A stretch of DNA of 36,879 bases from an uncultured Candidatus Saccharibacteria bacterium (GTDB taxonomy: Bacteria > Patescibacteriota > Minisyncoccia > UBA6257 > Colwellbacteraceae): contig CAZWFV010000003.1 of assembly GCA_964633405.1 (NCBI GenBank), positions 1 through 36,879 on the forward strand, written 5' to 3'. Positions within the stretch are counted from its first letter, which is position 1. Every line of letters starts with the position of its first letter. A program made the position numbers and the translations under genes. Of the stretch, positions 1 to 8,376 are shown one piece after another. The notes under the pieces were generated by a model that was not told where the DNA came from, ran no database searches, and saw only the letters and a program-made list of their open reading frames with translations.

Positions 1-146
1 TCGCTACGGTGATTCATGTCGCCGCGGGTGTACTTGCGGCATTCGGCATCATCACTCTCCTGCAGACCGCCGCATTCCACGAAGCGAGCTCGGTAATCGT
101 GCTTGCGAACACCGCGCGCTTGTTCTCGGTTCGGCGCGGAACGTGA
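1..146 (+). CDS. C-terminal end of a heavy-metal P1B-type ATPase (partial, runs off left edge)
   Basis: Frame 3 reads ATVIHVAAGVLAAFGIITLLQTAAFHEASSVIVLANTARLFSVRRGT* (TGA 144-146). This matches the last two TM helices of P1B ATPases (HExS...N..RL). Not in the ORF track. Confidence 0.7.
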   Translation, partial: ATVIHVAAGVLAAFGIITLLQTAAFHEASSVIVLANTARLFSVRRGT

Positions 147-328
147 AACATCCCATAGGCCGGCTTCGCGAGCAACTCCCGTCGAAGGACCTTCGGCGCC
201 TGGTTGCCGCAAAGGGGCTTCAAAGCTTGGTGCAGGGATATATTCTGGTTGTATTCGCTATCTATCTGGCGCAGCCGCAAGGTGGGGTGAACACTGCACC
301 GGTACGTCTCGCGTCTCGCGCGCTCTAA
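143..328 (+). pseudogene. Truncated N-terminus of an MFS transporter
   Basis: GTG start overlaps the ATPase stop (GTGA). RRLVAAKGLQSLVQGYILVVFAIYLAQ resembles MFS TM1; similarity stops near nt 275 and the frame ends at 328. Confidence 0.45.
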
Positions 329-804
329 TGGACATTCGACGCGCAGAGGATAACTGGGAGCGGCTGCTCGGACGGCCGACTTGGTATCTCGCGGTTGTCC
401 CGGAGCTGGACGAGGTGAGGAGCGAATATAAGCTGAAGAGCGAGGCGGAGCAGGACGCGATAAAGGAAGAACTGTACAATTTTTTTGAGCAACATCTTAG
501 AAGTGGCGACATTGCGCTAGAGGATAATCCGCCGAATACGGACGGAGAGCGGAAGCCTATCGATACGGTCGTTGTTCACCATACGAGCAATCCGCCGGGA
601 ATGAGCAAAGACCGACTCTCGGGGATAGAGCTCGTGCGGCTCTACGCGCCGTACTTTTATAAGCCAAAATACGAAAGAGATAGGAAGATGCAAGGCAGGC
701 CAATTTATTCAGGCCATGCGCGCGACGGGAAGCAGGTGTTCTGGCCCTATCATTGGTTTGTTCGTGCAGGAAGACCGCCGCTCGTCCGACCCCTTCGTGC
801 ATGA
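328..804 (+). pseudogene. N-acetylmuramoyl-L-alanine amidase (Amidase_2/PGRP-like), C-terminally truncated
   Basis: ATG at 328 (TAATG overlap). Motifs IDTVVVHHT and PYHWFV are present, but the downstream 'GWHAG...N..S.GI' half is missing. Confidence 0.55.
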
Positions 805-1200
805 TTTGAAAGCCAAGATCGCTGAGAACAAGGCCAAGCTTGAACGCCTCACCGATGCCATGCTGGACGGCAGTTTGGATGTACAGGAGTTCAGAGACAG
901 AAAGAACGTCCTTATGGCCGAAAAGGCCGACTTGCAGGGCAAGCTGGCCGAGTTTGAGCGGACGGGGAGCCGTTGGGTCGAACTGACGAGAAACTGGATT
1001 TTGACCGGAAATACTGCTCAAAATATATGCGCCGGAGAAAATCACGCCTCCATGCGCAATTTTCTCCGAGATGTCGGGTCGAACCCGAAAATACAAAATT
1101 CTCTTTTCACCCTCGCGTTAAAAATCCGTTTGATTATCTATACGATTTGCGAACACAAAACCGCGCCTGTGGCGCGGCGGTTGTGGAAAATTCTGAAATG
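765..1200 (+). pseudogene. C-terminal coiled-coil remnant of a large serine recombinase
   Basis: KLERLTDAMLDGSLDVQEFRDRKNVLMAEKADLQGKL...WVELTRNWI...VGSN resembles the C-terminus of CPR-type serine integrases. No catalytic domain; points toward the tmRNA 3' end; probable frameshift near 1118. Confidence 0.6.
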
Positions 1201-1521
1201 TGGAGGCGGGGAGATTCGAACTCCCGTCCAAAGAGTTTCCGAAAGACAGTCTACAGGTTTATTTGCTGTTTAGAGCAAAGCAATTGTTACTCTGGATTTA
1301 ACCTAGGATTCTGGAGTAACCGAAAAGTTCTAGGCGAGCTCCGGGTATGACACCGGACATCCTCCCGCGGAGCGCAAGAGGGCCGATGTCCGACTAAGCG
1401 AAAGCTAAAGCCGGAGTGGCTACCGTGTTATCAGCAGCTATCTTTTTGACCAGTTTAACGAGTTAGTCAGGCTCGACCTGCAGTCATCCGGACTGATCTT
1501 TGTCGAGGCCGGTACGCCCCC
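1201..1521 (-). ncRNA. ssrA: tmRNA; predicted tag (A)ADNTVATPALAFA* at 1394-1435
   Basis: Acceptor stem GGGGGCG/CGCCUCC-A with G3.U70; T arm GGGAG-UUCGAAU-CUCCC; helix-2 pairings CAAAGA/UCUUUG and CUGCAGGU/ACCUGUAG; internal tag ORF ending in Ala; adjacent to smpB. Confidence 0.95.
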
Positions 1522-1522
1522 A

Positions 1523-1969
1523 TCAGATCCCGCGCCGAATATTGCGTTCAATCTCTCTCTTTTTAAGCAACTCGCGCTTGTCGAATTCTTTCTTCGAGCG
1601 AACGAGCCCTATCTCAAGCTTGATCGTAGCTCGTTTGCCGGCGGCAGTATATAGCCTCAACGGAACCACGGTCAACCCCTTCTCTTTTATTCGGCTGGCC
1701 AATAGGTCTATCTCCTTGCGATTCAGCAGAAGTCTTCGGTCGCGTTTGGGTTCGTGACTGGCTGGAACGTTCTGCGGCTGGTACTGCGGAATGTCGGCGC
1801 CGACCAGCCAAGCCTCCCCTCGCCGTACAGCAATATGTGCCCCGGCGATATTGATCCGGCCCGATTTGATAGATTTCACCTCATGCCCGTATAACTGAAC
1901 CCCGGCCTCCAATTTATCCAGAATGGAGTAGTCATGATAGGCGCGTCGGTTTACTGCCAGCTCGCTCAT
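1523..1969 (-). CDS. smpB: SsrA-binding protein
   Basis: NRRAYHDY...EAGVQLYGHEVKSIK, R.RRLLLNRKEI, KKEFDKRE motifs. Confidence 0.97.
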   Translation of the reverse strand: MSELAVNRRAYHDYSILDKLEAGVQLYGHEVKSIKSGRINIAGAHIAVRRGEAWLVGADIPQYQPQNVPASHEPKRDRRLLLNRKEIDLLASRIKEKGLTVVPLRLYTAAGKRATIKLEIGLVRSKKEFDKRELLKKREIERNIRRGI

Positions 1970-2045
1970 TTATAAAAGTATAGCGCTTCATTAGTGATAA
2001 TGCCGAGTTTTGGTTTTTGACCTCATAGAATCTAGAATATATGTA

Positions 2046-3731
2046 ATGTTCGACCAGTTAAGGAGGTTATTGGCCAAGGCTGCGGGCACCGACGATTTCC
2101 GGTTGGACGAGCCCGAATTTGAGGAACTGGGACACTTTACCTCCAATGCGGCTTTTTTTGTTGCGAAACGGGACAAGTTAAGCCCGATGAAAGCAGCCGA
2201 GGCTATAAAAGAGCGGATATTAGAGGAATCTCCTCGCGGTTTTATAGAGCGGATAGATGTCAAAGCGCCGGGATTCATCAACTTCCGAATGAACGATGGC
2301 GCGCTGCAAGACGAATTCTCCTCTATAAATAAACAGGGAAATAAGTTCGGCCGACTCAGCCTGGGCCGAGGGGACAGGATTATCGTTGAGTACTCCTCGC
2401 CGAATATTGCCAAGCCCATGCACGTCGGCCATATGCGCTCGACTATAATCGGTGCGGCGATAGCCAACATCAACGAAGCGCTGGGTTATAAAGTGGTGAG
2501 ATGGAACTACCTCGGGGACTGGGGGACGCAGTTCGGCAAGCTGATCGCAGCATACAAAAGATGGGGCGACAAGAAGGAGGTGGAGCGCGCCCCGATAGAA
2601 ACATTGCTGAACCTTTACATCCGCTTCAACGAAGAGGCGAAGAATGACCCCCAACTGGAGCAGAGCGGCCGCGACGAATTCAAGGAACTGGAGGACGGGG
2701 ACAAGGAAGATAAACGACTGTGGGAGTGGTTCAGGAAGGAATCGCTGAAGGACCTGGAACCGATATACAAATCGCTGGGAGTGAAGTTCGACGTGCTGGT
2801 CGGAGAGAGCTTCTATGAGAAGGACCTGGAGCCGCTAATCCGCGATTTGGGTAGAAAAAGTATCCTCAAACTGAGCGAAGGAGCGGTGATAATACCGCTG
2901 GACCGATTCGGCCTTCCACCCGCGTTGATCAAGAAGTCCGACGGTGCCAGTTTGTATATCACCCGCGAGGTAGCTAATTTGATCTATCGGATAAACAAAT
3001 ACAAGCCGAAGAGAATAATATATGTCGTCGGCCACGAACAGGAACTCCATTTCAGACAGCTCAGCGCCCTGGCTCAGCTACTCAACCTATCCTCGGCCGA
3101 GATCGTGCACGTAAAGTACGGCATGGTCACGGGCGAGAACGGCAAAAAGATATCCACACGGGAGGGCGGCTCGATAGCCTTAGAGGATCTCATAGAGGAA
3201 TCGGTTATCCGCGCGCGTAGGATAATCGACGCCAAGCAACCGGACCTGACCGACAAGGAAAGGGACAGAATCGCCCGTTTGGTCGGGATAGCCGCTCTCA
3301 AATATAACGACCTGTCCCAGAGCCGGTTGTCAGACATCTCCTTCGACTGGGACAAGATGCTCAATTTCGAGGGTAACTCAGCCCCATATCTGCTCTATGC
3401 CTACGCCCGTATGCGTAGTATTCTTAAAAAAGCTCGGTATTATAAGCCCGACCAGAAGTTCCTTTCCTCCAGGGAGGATCTGGCTCTAACCAGGAAATTA
3501 AGTATTTTTCCACAGGTTATACAGAGAGCCGGGGAGGCTAACTTCCCGCACTATATCGCTGGCTATCTCTACGAGCTAGCCAAGGAGGTCAACCGTTTCT
3601 ACGAGAATGAACCGGTGTTGAGGGCCGGCCAGGGCGTTCGCGAGGCTCGCTTGGGGTTGGTTAACTTAGCGGCGATAGTTATGAAGAACGGCCTGGGTTT
3701 GTTGGGCATAGAAGTATCCGAGAACATGTAA
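2046..3731 (+). CDS. argS: Arginine--tRNA ligase
   Basis: VEYSSPNIAKPMHVGHMRS, YLGDWGTQFG, FEGNSAPYLLYAYAR. Start placed at ATG 2046, behind a TAGAAT box. Confidence 0.96.
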   Translation: MFDQLRRLLAKAAGTDDFRLDEPEFEELGHFTSNAAFFVAKRDKLSPMKAAEAIKERILEESPRGFIERIDVKAPGFINFRMNDGALQDEFSSINKQGNKFGRLSLGRGDRIIVEYSSPNIAKPMHVGHMRSTIIGAAIANINEALGYKVVRWNYLGDWGTQFGKLIAAYKRWGDKKEVERAPIETLLNLYIRFNEEAKNDPQLEQSGRDEFKELEDGDKEDKRLWEWFRKESLKDLEPIYKSLGVKFDVLVGESFYEKDLEPLIRDLGRKSILKLSEGAVIIPLDRFGLPPALIKKSDGASLYITREVANLIYRINKYKPKRIIYVVGHEQELHFRQLSALAQLLNLSSAEIVHVKYGMVTGENGKKISTREGGSIALEDLIEESVIRARRIIDAKQPDLTDKERDRIARLVGIAALKYNDLSQSRLSDISFDWDKMLNFEGNSAPYLLYAYARMRSILKKARYYKPDQKFLSSREDLALTRKLSIFPQVIQRAGEANFPHYIAGYLYELAKEVNRFYENEPVLRAGQGVREARLGLVNLAAIVMKNGLGLLGIEVSENM

Positions 3732-3734
3732 GCA

Positions 3735-6700
3735 ATGGTGGAAGAAGACAATAAACAATTCACCCTTCCCGAGACGGAAGAGCATATACTCGAATTCTGG
3801 GACAAGCACAATATCTTCGAGAAGAGTCTCGAACAGACCAGGAACCATAAACCCTTCGTTTTCTACGACGGCCCGCCCTTCGCCACCGGCCTGCCCCACT
3901 ACGGCCATCTTCTGGCCTCGACCATCAAGGACGCCTTCGCCAGGTACCAGACAATGAAGGGACATTTCGTCAGGAGGCGTTGGGGTTGGGATTGCCACGG
4001 TCTACCTATCGAAGAGGTGGTTGAGAGGAAATTGGGCATATCTGGCAAGAAGCAGATCGAACAGATCGGCCTGAAGAAATTCAATGAGACTTGCCGGAGT
4101 ATGGTGTTGGAATATGCCGGAGAATGGAAGGAGACGATCCGACGTATCGGTCGTTGGGTCGAGTTCGACGATTCGTACAAGACTATGGACGTCACCTACA
4201 TGGAATCCGTGTGGTGGGCTTTCAAGGAGATATACAAGAAGGGGCTGACCTACGAAGGCAGGAAGGTTCTGCTGTATTGTCCGCGCTGCGAGACGCCCGT
4301 CTCCAACTTCGAGGTGGCCATGGACAACAGCTATAAGGACGTCACAGACGAGTCGGTCTACGTGAAATTCAAGGTTAAGAACCCGGGCAGGATCGGCTTG
4401 AGCAAGGACAACGTTTATCTTATTGCCTGGACGACAACTCCCTGGACGCTGCCGGGCAACATAGCCTTGGCGGTCGGTCCAGAGATAAAATATCGAGCCG
4501 TGCAAAGCGGCAACGAATACCTGATTGCGGCCGTGGACAGATTGAGCGATCTTGATTTGATCACCGGGAGAGTAGAGCAGGAGTTTGCCGCCCTGGACCT
4601 GTCGGGCTTGGAGTATGAGCCTCTGTTCAGTGTGCCGGCGATGCGGAGCGATAAGTCGTACAAAGTTTATATAGCCGACTTTGTGACCACGGAAGACGGT
4701 ACCGGCATAGTGCACACCGCCGTCGTTTACGGAGAGGACGACTATAATCTCGGTCTAAAAGAGGGCTTGCCGATCGTGCCCCTTCTCGACGATAAGGGAC
4801 TGTTCAACGATAAGGCTCCGCAGCTGATACGGGGACAGTACTTCAAGAAGGCCGACCCGATAGTTATAGCAGATCTGGAGGAGAGAAACCTTCTTTTTAA
4901 GAAAGAGAAATATACCCACTCCTACCCGCATTGCTGGCGGTGCGGCACGGCGCTCTATTACAACGCAATCCCAGCATGGTTTATAAATATCCAGAAGATA
5001 AAAGCCGGGCTGATAAAGTCCAACGACAGGGAGATCAATTGGTTTCCGGAACACCTGAAGCACGGTCGCTACGAAAAAAGCGTGGAGGCGGCTCCGGATT
5101 GGAATATCTCGCGGAACCGCTATTGGGGGAACCCTATGCCGGTGTGGAAATGCGATAAGTGCGGTCGAGAGGAGGTGGTGGGTGGGATCAATGAACTGGC
5201 CACCAAACTCGGCAAGCCAAAGAACAATTATTGGGTCATGCGGCACGGGGAAGCCGAGACTAACGTGTTCGATATAACCGACTCCGGCCAGGGCAGTTTT
5301 CATCTAACTCCCCTGGGCAAGATTGAGACCAAGAGGTCCATAGACAACTTCAAAAGAAGTCTTACCAAGGAACACAAAAAAATAGACCTGATAATAGCCT
5401 CCGACATAATGCGCACTGCGGAGACGGCGATGATAGACGAGAAAGAGCTGGGCAAGGAGAAGATCGGCTACGACAAGCGTCTCCGGGAGATAAATCTCGG
5501 TCCGACTCTGAGCGGATGTCACGACGACAAATATCACAAATTATACCCGTCCTATATGGATAAGTTCGAGAAACGCCCCGCGGGAGGGGAATCGCTGCGC
5601 GATTTGCGCAAGAGGCTGTGGGATTTTCTGGTCGACTGCGAAGCTAAACATGAGGGCAAGAACATACTTCTGGTGACCCATGAGTATCCGATATGGATGA
5701 TCTTCACGGCGGCACAAGCTTGGGATGAGCGCCGATCCATCCAGGAGAAGGAAAAACACGGCAAGGATTACGTAAATTTTGCCGAGATCCGCAAACTAGA
5801 CCTTAAATTGGTCCCGCATAACGATATCGGTGAGGCGGATTTGCACCGTCCGTACATCGATGAGGCCACCTTCGTCTGTGAATCGTGCGGCGGAACCATA
5901 CGCAGGATACCGGAGATATTTGACTCGTGGGTAGAGGCGGGATCAATGCCGTTCGCCGAATTCCATTATCCGTTCGAGAACAAAGAGATTTTCGAGAAGC
6001 GTTTTCCGGCCCAGTTCGTCGCCGAGTATATCGCTCAGACGAGAGCGTGGTTCTATGTCATGCACGTCATATCATTCATACTGTTCGGCCGGGCGCCGTT
6101 CGACAACGTTGTCACCACCGGAACGATCTTGGCCGAAGACGGATCCAAGATGAGTAAATCCAAAGGCAACTATCCCGACCCGAAGCTACTATTAGGCAAG
6201 TACGGCGCGGACAGCCTGCGTTTTTACATGATGAATTCCGTCGTGATGCAGGCGGACAACCTGAACTTCTCGGAAAAAGGGGTTGAGAGCGTGTATCGCA
6301 AGGTGGAGCTGATATTGTCCAACGTTTATAAGTATTATGCGACCTATGTAAACCTCAGGGGTTCAAACCAGCCTAGCGGCAGGGATAGGGAAGCGGCAGC
6401 CCTCCTTGATTCATGGATAAAAATGCGGACGGAAGAGCTGATCATCGACGTGACAAAGTACATGGACGATTACGACACCGTCCACGCCACGCGAGCGGTA
6501 CAGGAATATGTCGACGATCTGTCCACGTGGTATCTGCGCCGGAGTCGCAAACGCGATGACGAGGGGTTCTTCGAGACGATGTACGAAGGTCTCCTTGCGG
6601 TGAGCAAGGTAATTGCGCCCTTCACGCCTTTCTTGGCCGATGACTTATATAGGAAGCTTAAGTCCCATCGTGCTGGTTCGGAAAAGGCGGAGTCGGTGCA

Positions 6701-7253
6701 TCTGGCGGAATGGCCTAAGGCCAAGTTCTCGTTGGGAGAAAGTAAGCGCAAGGAGCTCGCCGCGACAATGGCCGAGGTGAGACAACTGGCCAGCATCGGT
6801 TTGTCCAAGCGCGAAGAGGTTAAAGTAAGAGTGCGCCAGCCCCTGGCCAAGCTGGAGATTGATCGAGAGAAGCCACTAAGTGGGGGATTTGCGGCGATAC
6901 TGGCGGACGAGGTCAACGTTAAGGAAATCGTCTTCGTCAAACTGCCGGAGGGAGAGAGGGTACGTCTCGAAACCGCGCTAGACCACGGTTTGAGAGAAGA
7001 GGGAATAATGCGCGAGATGACCCGGCTGGTGCAGGGCTTGCGCCGCGAAGCCGGATTGAGCCCAGCAGATGCGATAGACCTATACATCGAGTGCCAGGCG
7101 GAAATACGGTCGGCGATAGAGAGTCAACTGCAGAATTTCAAATCGGAGGTCGGCGCCAAGGTGATAACGCTGCAGAGATCAGACAAATTCACCGCTGAAA
7201 AAGAGGTCAAACTGGACGGTTCGCCGATATGGATAGGATTGGCTAAAGTCTAA
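3735..7253 (+). CDS. ileS: Isoleucine--tRNA ligase (type 2) with inserted histidine-phosphatase domain
   Basis: DGPPFATGLPHYGH, GWDCHGLP, WTTTPWTLPGN, WNISRNRYWG, KMSKS. An RHGE domain is inserted at about 5224-5820. Confidence 0.95.
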   Translation: MVEEDNKQFTLPETEEHILEFWDKHNIFEKSLEQTRNHKPFVFYDGPPFATGLPHYGHLLASTIKDAFARYQTMKGHFVRRRWGWDCHGLPIEEVVERKLGISGKKQIEQIGLKKFNETCRSMVLEYAGEWKETIRRIGRWVEFDDSYKTMDVTYMESVWWAFKEIYKKGLTYEGRKVLLYCPRCETPVSNFEVAMDNSYKDVTDESVYVKFKVKNPGRIGLSKDNVYLIAWTTTPWTLPGNIALAVGPEIKYRAVQSGNEYLIAAVDRLSDLDLITGRVEQEFAALDLSGLEYEPLFSVPAMRSDKSYKVYIADFVTTEDGTGIVHTAVVYGEDDYNLGLKEGLPIVPLLDDKGLFNDKAPQLIRGQYFKKADPIVIADLEERNLLFKKEKYTHSYPHCWRCGTALYYNAIPAWFINIQKIKAGLIKSNDREINWFPEHLKHGRYEKSVEAAPDWNISRNRYWGNPMPVWKCDKCGREEVVGGINELATKLGKPKNNYWVMRHGEAETNVFDITDSGQGSFHLTPLGKIETKRSIDNFKRSLTKEHKKIDLIIASDIMRTAETAMIDEKELGKEKIGYDKRLREINLGPTLSGCHDDKYHKLYPSYMDKFEKRPAGGESLRDLRKRLWDFLVDCEAKHEGKNILLVTHEYPIWMIFTAAQAWDERRSIQEKEKHGKDYVNFAEIRKLDLKLVPHNDIGEADLHRPYIDEATFVCESCGGTIRRIPEIFDSWVEAGSMPFAEFHYPFENKEIFEKRFPAQFVAEYIAQTRAWFYVMHVISFILFGRAPFDNVVTTGTILAEDGSKMSKSKGNYPDPKLLLGKYGADSLRFYMMNSVVMQADNLNFSEKGVESVYRKVELILSNVYKYYATYVNLRGSNQPSGRDREAAALLDSWIKMRTEELIIDVTKYMDDYDTVHATRAVQEYVDDLSTWYLRRSRKRDDEGFFETMYEGLLAVSKVIAPFTPFLADDLYRKLKSHRAGSEKAESVHLAEWPKAKFSLGESKRKELAATMAEVRQLASIGLSKREEVKVRVRQPLAKLEIDREKPLSGGFAAILADEVNVKEIVFVKLPEGERVRLETALDHGLREEGIMREMTRLVQGLRREAGLSPADAIDLYIECQAEIRSAIESQLQNFKSEVGAKVITLQRSDKFTAEKEVKLDGSPIWIGLAKV

Positions 7254-8287
7254 ATCGCGTAGCCCTTATTCTCGAAGTAGTCTATTTTTATAGCCTTCCG
7301 CACCTTGAGCATAGTCTCTCTCGCTATCTGTCTGGTTCTGTCCGTACCTTCGCGCAGCACGTCGCGTACACGGGCCGGATCTATAGCCAGGGCTCGGCGT
7401 CTTTCCCTTATCGGACCGATTACGTCCTCCAATATGCCGATGAGCCTCTTCTTTATAACTACATCCCCCAGGCCACCTTTCTTGTATTGCTGTTTGAGTT
7501 GCTTAACCCCGGCTTTATCCGGGTCGAAAGTATCCAGGTATGCGAAAACTACGTTACCCTCGACCCTACCAGCGTCGGCGGTATGTATATGACCAGGATC
7601 CGTGTACATCATCATGACCTTCTTCTCCACCTCTTCGCTGGAATCGCTGAGATATATGGCATTATTCAACGACTTGCTAGCCTTGGCGTTCCCGTCTATG
7701 CCCACCAGACGTGGCGTGGCCGACAAGACTGGCTTTATCTTCTTAAAAGTTTCGCCATAGGTCGAATTGAACTTGGCGACTATCTCGTTGGCCTGCTCGA
7801 TCACCGGCAGCTGGTCTTCGCCCACGGGAATAATGTTGCTCCCGCAGAACAGAATGTCTGCGGTCTGGCTGACCGGGTAGGATAGGAATCCGGCCGGCAC
7901 ATTCTCACCGAAGCCCTTCTGTTGCATCTCGGCTTTGACCGTCGGATTTCTCCTCAATCTGGCCAGAGTGACCAGGTTCAGGAAGACCACCGTCAATTCC
8001 GCTATCTCCGGTATCTGCGATTGTATAAAGAAAGTCGTCCTCTTTGGATCGAGGCCTACGGCCAGGTTATCCAGGGCGACCTCGATTACGTTCTTCCTGA
8101 CCTTGTCCGGTGTTTCGGCGTTGTCGGTAAGCGCCTGTATATCGGCGATCTCGTAGAAGCAGCGTTCGTACCTGTCCTGTAACTCAACCCGGCTGCGCAT
8201 AGAGCCGATGTAATGTCCCAGATGCAGTTTGCCGGTGGGCCTGTCGCCGGTAAGCACGACGTCTTCCTTGTCCAGGGAGTTTTTCAT
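7250..8287 (-). CDS. trpS: Tryptophan--tRNA ligase
   Basis: TGDRPTGKLHLGHY, YPVSQTADIL, PVGEDQ, KASKS. Confidence 0.96.
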   Translation of the reverse strand: MKNSLDKEDVVLTGDRPTGKLHLGHYIGSMRSRVELQDRYERCFYEIADIQALTDNAETPDKVRKNVIEVALDNLAVGLDPKRTTFFIQSQIPEIAELTVVFLNLVTLARLRRNPTVKAEMQQKGFGENVPAGFLSYPVSQTADILFCGSNIIPVGEDQLPVIEQANEIVAKFNSTYGETFKKIKPVLSATPRLVGIDGNAKASKSLNNAIYLSDSSEEVEKKVMMMYTDPGHIHTADAGRVEGNVVFAYLDTFDPDKAGVKQLKQQYKKGGLGDVVIKKRLIGILEDVIGPIRERRRALAIDPARVRDVLREGTDRTRQIARETMLKVRKAIKIDYFENKGYAI

Positions 8288-8322
8288 AACACAATGATGA
8301 TATCACGAACCTACCGTCGATT

Positions 8323-8353
8323 AAAAAGCGCGCCGCATAATCGCGGCGCGCTT
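8323..8353 (-). terminator. Intrinsic terminator downstream of rnj
   Basis: 11-bp stem AAGCGCGCCGC/GCGGCGCGCTT with a 6-nt loop; on the minus strand it ends in a 5-U run. Confidence 0.75.
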
Positions 8354-8376
8354 CCGATTGTCCCTTTAGGGACGGA

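Larger units (their letters stand above)
1..1230. mobile_element. Right end of a degraded integrative element/genomic island at the tmRNA 3' end
   Basis: Recombinase remnant abuts the ssrA 3' end, with fragmented accessory cargo. The second att site is not in the window. Confidence 0.55.

Noticed and set aside
103-327. N-terminal extension of ORF 103..804
   Set aside because: Overlaps the ATPase tail and MFS fragment in other frames; ATG 328 with a TAATG overlap is the better start.
761-801. 8-bp direct repeat TTCGTGCA (761 and 794) near the amidase/recombinase junction
   Set aside because: Too short to distinguish from chance, and no element lies between the copies.
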